Below, piece by piece: positions 26,240 to 32,109 of a stretch of DNA of 32,109 bases. Each line of letters opens with the position of its first letter. The stretch's first letter is position 1. The stretch comes from Skermanella sp. (lineage in GTDB: Bacteria > Pseudomonadota > Alphaproteobacteria > Azospirillales > Azospirillaceae): the NCBI GenBank assembly GCA_035630415.1, contig DASQKT010000384.1:1-32109 (forward strand), written 5' to 3'. The notes under the pieces are model-generated. The model saw nothing but the letters and a program-made list of their open reading frames with translations, was not told where the DNA came from and ran no database searches. Position numbers and translations under genes: made by a program.

Positions 26240-27166
26240 TCACCCAGGCTCAGAAATCTGCGGCGTCCTCCGCGTCTCGTCCAGGCGGCGCGCCAGTTGT
26301 TCGGCGAACTTCGCGGTCGCGACGGGCAGGGTGCGGCCCCGCTGCTGGCCCAGGACAAGAGGGCCGTGAGCCAGATCGACGTCGCTCAGCGGCAGCACGA
26401 CGAGGCCGGGGTCCGTCTCAGGCACCGGTGCTCCGATCTCGATCTGGAAGGTCACCACATTGCCGGAGCGGGCGAGGTTGCGCAGCATCTCGAACGAATT
26501 GGCCTCCAGCTCCACCGACAGCTTGGCCGAACTGACGGCAAGCAGGTCGTCGAGGATGGCACGGGTGCCGAAGCTGCCGTCCGGCAGGGCGATGGGATAC
26601 TGCGCGCAATCGCGCAGCCGGACGACCTTCTGACCGGCCAGCGGATGGTCGGCGGCGACGATGGCGACGATGCGCTGTCCCAGCGTCATCAGCGGCTGGA
26701 ATTCCGCCGTCTTGCGCGGGCTGAAGATGATCGCAAGGTCGGTCTCGAACTCCCGCAGCATCCGCAGCGCCGAGCCCTGATCGACGACGGCGATCTGGAA
26801 GCTGACCAGCGGAAAGCGTGCCCGGAACGCCGAGATTTCCGTCGGCAGGAAGTAGTTCACCAGCGCTTGGCTACAGGCGATCCTGACATGCCCGCGCCTC
26901 AAGCCCGACAAGTCCTCGATATGGGAGCGGACGCGGTCGAGGTCGGCGGCCTGGGTGCGGACCCAGCGGATGAAGCTCTCCCCGGCGGCGGTCAGCCGGA
27001 TGCCCTGGGCCGAGCGCTCGAAGATGGCGGCGCCCAGATCCTCCTCGACGTCCTGAATCCTGCGCTGGAGCGCCGACGGCGTGACGTTCAGGTGCTCCGC
27101 CGCCTTGCGGAGCGAGCCGAAGCGCGCGGCTTCCTCGACATAGCGCCAGATGCGCATGTGTCTCAT
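26240..27166 (-). CDS. LysR-family transcriptional regulator
   Basis: GSLRKAAEHLNVTPSALQRRIQDVEEDLGAAIFERSAQGIRLTAAGE HTH. Confidence 0.96.
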   Translation of the reverse strand: MRHMRIWRYVEEAARFGSLRKAAEHLNVTPSALQRRIQDVEEDLGAAIFERSAQGIRLTAAGESFIRWVRTQAADLDRVRSHIEDLSGLRRGHVRIACSQALVNYFLPTEISAFRARFPLVSFQIAVVDQGSALRMLREFETDLAIIFSPRKTAEFQPLMTLGQRIVAIVAADHPLAGQKVVRLRDCAQYPIALPDGSFGTRAILDDLLAVSSAKLSVELEANSFEMLRNLARSGNVVTFQIEIGAPVPETDPGLVVLPLSDVDLAHGPLVLGQQRGRTLPVATAKFAEQLARRLDETRRTPQISEPG

Positions 27167-27297
27167 GTCGGCATATCCCGGTGTGTATACTTTCCGGCAT
27201 CACCATAGCGAGAAAACGGCGTTTGAGGAGTGCTTTGAAGGCTCATAGCCTCTGGTCGCACCGTCGCTTCGACAGAGTCACCGGAGAAAATCGCCCC

Positions 27298-28362
27298 ATG
27301 AACAGCGTCTTCAGCAAGCGGTCCCTGAAATGTGCTGCGAAATATGCCGCCGTCCTGGCGGGCGTCCTGATCGGGACTTCCAGCCTCGCCGCGACGGCCT
27401 TGGCCCAGACACCGGTCAAGCTGGTCCTCAACTGGAAGTACCAGGGTCCGCAGGCGCTGTTCTTCATCGCGGAGGACAAGGGCTACTTCAAGGCGGAAGG
27501 GCTGGACGTCACCATCGACCAGGGCGAAGGGTCGGCAGCCTCCATCACCAAGGTCGCGACGGGAGCCTACGACATCGGCTTCGGCGACGTGAACGCGCTG
27601 ATCACGCTGGCGTCCAAGTCGCCGGACGAAGCGCCTGTTGCCGTCTACATGATGTACAACACGCCGCCCTTCACCATCGCGGTCAAGGCGGACAGCCCGA
27701 TCAAGACAGCCAAAGACCTTGAAGGCAAGACGATCGGCGGCCCCGCCAACGACGGGGCGCTGAAGCTCTTCCCGGCCTTTACCCAAGTCGCGGGGATCGA
27801 CGCCTCCAAGGTCGCCGTCACCAACATGCAGGCGAACTTGCGCGAGCAGATGCTTCAGCGCGGTCAGGTCGATGGCGTCTTCGGCTACGTCAACACGATC
27901 GCCTTCAGCGCCAAGAGCGCCGGCATGAACCCGGACAAAGACTTCCGCTTCATCAACTATGGCGACTACGGGATGGACCTTTATTCCAACGCCATCGTCG
28001 TCTCCCAGGCTTTCGCCAAGGAGCACGGCGATGCGGTGAAGGGCTTCGTCCGTGCCGTCAACCGGGCGACCAGGGACATGATCGCCGATCCCGCCGGTTC
28101 GGTCGAAACCGTGATGAAGCGCGAGCCGCTGCTCAACAAGCAGGTCGAGATCGAGCGCACCGTCGCCACCCTGAAGATGGAAATGAACCATCCGGAGATC
28201 GCCAAGATCGGCCTTGGCGACGTCGATGGCGAGCGGCTGAAGCGGGCCATCGACATGGTCGTCAAGGCCAACGGGCTGGAACGCACCCCGGAAGCCTCGG
28301 CGATCTTCACCGACGCGTACCTGCCGCCGCTGTCCGAGCGTCCGACCACTGTCATCAATTGA
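27298..28362 (+). CDS. NMT1/THI5-like ABC transporter substrate-binding protein
   Basis: LNWKYQGPQA, DKGYFKAEGLDVTIDQGEGS, DLEGKTIG, DLYSNAIVVS; GGAG RBS before ATG 27298. Confidence 0.92.
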   Translation: MNSVFSKRSLKCAAKYAAVLAGVLIGTSSLAATALAQTPVKLVLNWKYQGPQALFFIAEDKGYFKAEGLDVTIDQGEGSAASITKVATGAYDIGFGDVNALITLASKSPDEAPVAVYMMYNTPPFTIAVKADSPIKTAKDLEGKTIGGPANDGALKLFPAFTQVAGIDASKVAVTNMQANLREQMLQRGQVDGVFGYVNTIAFSAKSAGMNPDKDFRFINYGDYGMDLYSNAIVVSQAFAKEHGDAVKGFVRAVNRATRDMIADPAGSVETVMKREPLLNKQVEIERTVATLKMEMNHPEIAKIGLGDVDGERLKRAIDMVVKANGLERTPEASAIFTDAYLPPLSERPTTVIN

Positions 28363-28380
28363 AGATCAGAAGCCAAAGAC

Positions 28381-29172
28381 ATGGAATTGGGACTGAAAGA
28401 GCGGGTCGTCATCATCACCGGCCCCGCCAAGGGGATGGGTGAGGCCGTGACCCTGGCCTTCGCATCCGAGGGCTGCCGCCTGGCGCTGGTCGGGCGCGAC
28501 ATCGCCGCGATCGAGCCGGTCGCGGAGCGGGCGAAGGCGCTGGGGGTGCAAGCCATCGTCATTCCCTGCGACATCACGGACGAGATGCAGTGCCAAGGTG
28601 CTGCCGAGCGCACGGTCGCGGCTTTCGGCCGGATCGACGTGCTGGTAAACGTCGCGGGCGGCTCCGGCCCGGTCGGTAAGACCGGGTGGGAGACGACACG
28701 CGAGGAGTTCGACGAGATCGTCGAGCTGAACATGACCGGCTGCTTCAACTCGATGAGCGCCGTCATGCCGGTGCTGATCGAGCAGCGCTACGGCAAGATC
28801 GTCAATGTCGGCGGCACCTTCGGCATGCGCGGCCGGGCCGGGCGGATGGCCTATTCCGCGTCCAAGTGGGGCCTGCGCGGCATCACCAAGTCCTTCGCGC
28901 TGGAAGCGGGACCTTACAACGTCAACGTCAACTGCGTGGCCCCAGGCATGGTCGAGGGACCGCGCTTCCGGGGCAAGGTGGTGCCGGAAATGGCGAAACG
29001 GCTCGGTATCACGGAAGAAGAAGCCGCCGAGAAACACGCCGCCGACTACGCGCTGCGGCGCGTCTCCACCGGGGAGGACGTGGCCAATGCCTGCCTTTTC
29101 CTCGCCAGCGACGCCGCCCGCCAGATCACTGGCGTCGATCTCCCGGTCGATGGCGGCTGGGCCTCTCTTTAA
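28381..29172 (+). CDS. Short-chain dehydrogenase/reductase (SDR)
   Basis: TGPAKGMG, DVLVNVAG, YSASK, NCVAPG, DGG. Confidence 0.95.
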   Translation: MELGLKERVVIITGPAKGMGEAVTLAFASEGCRLALVGRDIAAIEPVAERAKALGVQAIVIPCDITDEMQCQGAAERTVAAFGRIDVLVNVAGGSGPVGKTGWETTREEFDEIVELNMTGCFNSMSAVMPVLIEQRYGKIVNVGGTFGMRGRAGRMAYSASKWGLRGITKSFALEAGPYNVNVNCVAPGMVEGPRFRGKVVPEMAKRLGITEEEAAEKHAADYALRRVSTGEDVANACLFLASDAARQITGVDLPVDGGWASL

Positions 29173-29175
29173 AGC

Positions 29176-30651
29176 ATGGATACCGATATGGAACCGAACC
29201 ACGCCACGGCCGACCTCGTCATCACGGGCGGCGTCATCGTCACCGATCAGACCAGCTTCAAGGGAGCTGTCGCCATCCGGGATGGCCGGATCGTCGCCGT
29301 CGGCTCCGATGAAGCGATGCCGCCGGCGCGCGAAACCTTCGACGCGACCGGCCTTCACCTGCTGCCCGGCGCTATCGACGCGCATGTCCATTTTCGCGAG
29401 CCCGGCTACACCCATAAGGAAGACTGGCGGACTGGTACGGCGGCAGCCGCGATGGGAGGAGTGACCACCGTCTTCGAGATGCCCAACACCAACCCGCCGA
29501 CTGGCACGGTCGAGGCGCTGAAGCTGAAGCAGAAGGCGGCGGAGAAGGCCTATGTCGATTACGGCCTCTACGGCCTGCTGGCGGAGGACAACCTGGACCA
29601 GCTCGAAGGCTTGGTCAAAGGCGGCGTCGCAGCCTTCAAATGTTTCATGGGAAACACTTTCGGGAACCTGCCGTCGCCCTCCACCGGCGCGATGCTCGAA
29701 GGGTTCGAGATCATCGCCCGGCATGGCTTGCGGATCTCGCTTCACGCGGAAACCGCGTCGATCATGGCGCTGCGGCAGAAGAAGCTGATGGCGGCGGGCC
29801 GGCGCGACCCGCTCGCCCATCTGGCCTCCCGCCCCGCCGTGGTCGCAACCGAAGCGGTCGCCCGCGCCGCGATCCTGGCGGAGTGGACGGGAGCCCGCAT
29901 CCATATCCTGCACATATCGTCGGGCGACGAGCTGCGCCCCTTGCGTGAAGCCAAGGCGCGCGGCGTCGATATCACCGGCGAGACCTGCCCGCACTACCTG
30001 CTGTTCGACGAGCATGCCTATACCGATCTCGGCTCGATCATCCGGGTCAACCCTCCCGTCCGGGAAAAGCATCATCAGGACGCGCTGTGGCAGGGGGTGA
30101 AGGATGGCACGATCGACATGATCGCGACCGACCACGCGCCCCATGATCCCGAGGAAAAGCTGCGCGACGATATCTGGCGCGCCGACTGCGGCTTTCCCGG
30201 CGTCGAGACCCAGATGCCGCTGATGCTGACCCAGGTCCATGCCGGTCGGCTGTCGCTGACCGACTATGTCCGCATATCCTCCACGGCCCCCGCCAAGGCG
30301 TTCGGCCTGTTCCCGAACAAAGGGGCCATCGTTCCGGGAGCCGATGCCGATATCGCGCTGGTCGATCTGAACCGGCGGGAAACCATCCGGGCCAAGGATC
30401 TCCATTCCCGAGGCAAGATCACGCCGTTCGAGGGTTTCGAGACGGTCGGCGCTCCCGTCCATACGCTGGTGCGCGGTCGCTTCGTCATGAAGGACCGCAA
30501 GCTTGTCGAGGACGTCGGCGGCTGGGGACTGTCGGTCACGCGCATCCAGAACATGCCGGCGCCCGAACCGCGCCATGTCGAGGAAACGACGGCCGCCATT
30601 ACCGGCAAGAATATTGGGGGAGCAGGCACTTCCGCCCAGGAGGCCGCATGA
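29176..30651 (+). CDS. Cyclic amidohydrolase (allantoinase/dihydroorotase/hydantoinase family)
   Basis: PGAIDAHVHFREPG, GGVTTVFEMPNT, FKCFM, LHAE, HILHIS, ETCPHYL, VNPP, ATDHAPH. Confidence 0.93.
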   Translation: MDTDMEPNHATADLVITGGVIVTDQTSFKGAVAIRDGRIVAVGSDEAMPPARETFDATGLHLLPGAIDAHVHFREPGYTHKEDWRTGTAAAAMGGVTTVFEMPNTNPPTGTVEALKLKQKAAEKAYVDYGLYGLLAEDNLDQLEGLVKGGVAAFKCFMGNTFGNLPSPSTGAMLEGFEIIARHGLRISLHAETASIMALRQKKLMAAGRRDPLAHLASRPAVVATEAVARAAILAEWTGARIHILHISSGDELRPLREAKARGVDITGETCPHYLLFDEHAYTDLGSIIRVNPPVREKHHQDALWQGVKDGTIDMIATDHAPHDPEEKLRDDIWRADCGFPGVETQMPLMLTQVHAGRLSLTDYVRISSTAPAKAFGLFPNKGAIVPGADADIALVDLNRRETIRAKDLHSRGKITPFEGFETVGAPVHTLVRGRFVMKDRKLVEDVGGWGLSVTRIQNMPAPEPRHVEETTAAITGKNIGGAGTSAQEAA

Positions 30652-31532
30652 CGACCAACCCGAGACCCGTCGCCCGGATCATTCCGGCACCCGTACCCAT
30701 CCCGGAACTGGAACCGCAAACCCGGCCCAACCTGTTCATCGAACTTGAGAACGTCACCGTCTCCTACGGCAAGGGTCCCAGCGCCACCAAGGCGCTCGAC
30801 GACATCTCGCTCCAGATCGGCGAAGGCGACTTCATCGCCTTGGTCGGTCCGTCGGGATGCGGCAAGTCCACCATCCTCAAGCTGGTCGGCGATCTCCTGA
30901 AGGCGTCCAGCGGCCACGTCTTCGTGGCGGGACGGGAAGTCGGCGCGCAGGACGTGCGGATCGGCATGGCCTTCCAGAACCCGACCCTGCTGCCCTGGCT
31001 GAGCATCCGCGACAACGTCATGCTGCCGCTCAAGATCGTCCAGCCGTTCCGGAAGCACTGGGCCACCAAGCGCAAGGGCGAGTACCGCGACCGGGCTGAA
31101 GCCCTGCTCGCCAAGGTCGGGCTGAAGGACTTCGGGGGCAAGTATCCGTGGCAGTTGTCCGGCGGCATGCAGCAGCGGGCGTCGCTGTGCAGGGCGCTGA
31201 TCCACGACCCCAACCTGCTGTTGCTGGACGAGCCGTTCGGCGCGCTCGACCAGTTCACGCGGGAAGAGCTGTGGGGCATCCTTCAGACGCTCTGGATTGA
31301 CACCAAGCCGACGGTATTGCTGGTGACCCACGATCTGCGGGAAAGCGCCTATCTCGCCAACCGCATCGTCGTGATGAGCGCCCGTCCCGGTCGCATCCTG
31401 GTCGATGAGCCGGTCGGCTTCGCCCGGCCCCGGTCGATCGACACGACTTTCGAACCCGGTTTCACCAACCTGACGCACAAGCTGCGCACTCTTATCGTAG
31501 AAGCACGCAGCGCCGTGGGAGCCGCCCCATGA
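30648..31532 (+). CDS. ABC transporter ATP-binding protein (TauB/SsuB-like)
   Basis: GPSGCGKST, LSGGMQQR, LLLDEPFGALD, VTHD. Confidence 0.96.
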   Translation: MTTNPRPVARIIPAPVPIPELEPQTRPNLFIELENVTVSYGKGPSATKALDDISLQIGEGDFIALVGPSGCGKSTILKLVGDLLKASSGHVFVAGREVGAQDVRIGMAFQNPTLLPWLSIRDNVMLPLKIVQPFRKHWATKRKGEYRDRAEALLAKVGLKDFGGKYPWQLSGGMQQRASLCRALIHDPNLLLLDEPFGALDQFTREELWGILQTLWIDTKPTVLLVTHDLRESAYLANRIVVMSARPGRILVDEPVGFARPRSIDTTFEPGFTNLTHKLRTLIVEARSAVGAAP

Positions 31533-32109
31533 CCCGCCTGAACCGCGAGAAACTGGCGTCCGCCGCCCTGATCGTCGGCGTCTTCGTGGTGTGGGAACTT
31601 GCCTGCCTCCTCTTCGGCATCAGCGAGTTCGTCCTGCCCCGGCCAAGCCAGATCGTCATGGTGCTGATCGACCGCTGGCCGGCCCTGATGCCCCATGCCG
31701 TACAGACGCTCTACACCACGCTGGTCGGGTTCGCGCTCGGCGTTTCGGCGGGTATCCTGATCGGAATGCTGATCGGCTCCTCGCGCCTCGCCTATAATGT
31801 GGCATTCCCGCTGCTGGTCGGTTTCTCGTCGATCCCCAAGGTCGCCGTGGTGCCGATCTTCGTGCTGTGGTTCGGGGCCGGCACGGTGCCAGCGATCCTG
31901 ACCTCCATGATCATCTCGGTCTTTCCGGTGGTCGTGAACATGGCGACCGGCCTCGCCACCACCGAACCAGAGCTGGAAGACGTCCTGCGGACGCTGAAGG
32001 CGACCAAGCGCGATATCCTGCTGAACGTCGGTCTGCCGCGCGCGATGCCCTACCTGTTCGCCTCCCTCAAGGTCGCGGTGACGCTGTCGTTCGTCGGCAC
32101 GGTGATTTC
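31529..32109 (+). CDS. ABC transporter permease (TauC/SsuC-like), truncated by the window end
   Basis: Not in the ORF track. ATGA-coupled start MTRLNREKLASAALIVG..WE..FVLPRPS..SIPKVAVVPIFVLWFGAG..LPRAMPYLFASLKV. Confidence 0.92.
   Translation, partial: MTRLNREKLASAALIVGVFVVWELACLLFGISEFVLPRPSQIVMVLIDRWPALMPHAVQTLYTTLVGFALGVSAGILIGMLIGSSRLAYNVAFPLLVGFSSIPKVAVVPIFVLWFGAGTVPAILTSMIISVFPVVVNMATGLATTEPELEDVLRTLKATKRDILLNVGLPRAMPYLFASLKVAVTLSFVGTVI

Noticed and set aside
21902-30576. Long minus-strand ORFs (603, 483, 431, 342 and 736 aa)
   Set aside because: Antisense to well-supported plus-strand genes, with no recognisable motifs.
1-32109. Mobile element, prophage, CRISPR, tRNA or defence system
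   Set aside because: No integrase, transposase, att-like repeat, repeat-spacer array, tRNA fold or nuclease/ATPase defence motif was seen by eye, so horizontal origin of the central cluster is not demonstrated.

Overview
GC-rich alphaproteobacterial DNA; the protein content suggests Rhodospirillales/Azospirillaceae (inference). Left end (1-6.7 kb): a partial GAF sensor gene with a candidate EcfG promoter, a stand-alone nuoC-nuoD pair with no other nuo genes beside it, small hypothetical proteins, ArsR and Crp/Fnr regulators, and an orphan TRAP dctP. Middle (6.7-26.2 kb): about 20 mostly uncharacterised envelope genes. They include two divergently transcribed Mic60/mitofilin-like (COG4223) paralogs, three tandem DUF4239 (bestrophin-like) membrane proteins, a membrane-anchored TPR protein, a Gly-zipper secreted protein, an SH3b protein, two DUF6524-like proteins, a DUF4429-like protein and a non-lipoprotein MlaA. 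They also include degenerate TAXI and PstS-like binding proteins and a coupled operon of sensor-like protein, sensor-HAMP-MFS fusion, formyltransferase and ABC binding protein. This block is the best candidate for an undescribed system, hypothetically membrane remodelling or compartment formation coupled to ion transport. Right end (26.2-32.1 kb): LysR divergent from an NMT1/THI5-type ABC transporter, SDR and cyclic amidohydrolase operon. No tRNA, rRNA, CRISPR, integrase or IS was seen. All family calls come from reading motifs by eye, not from database searches.
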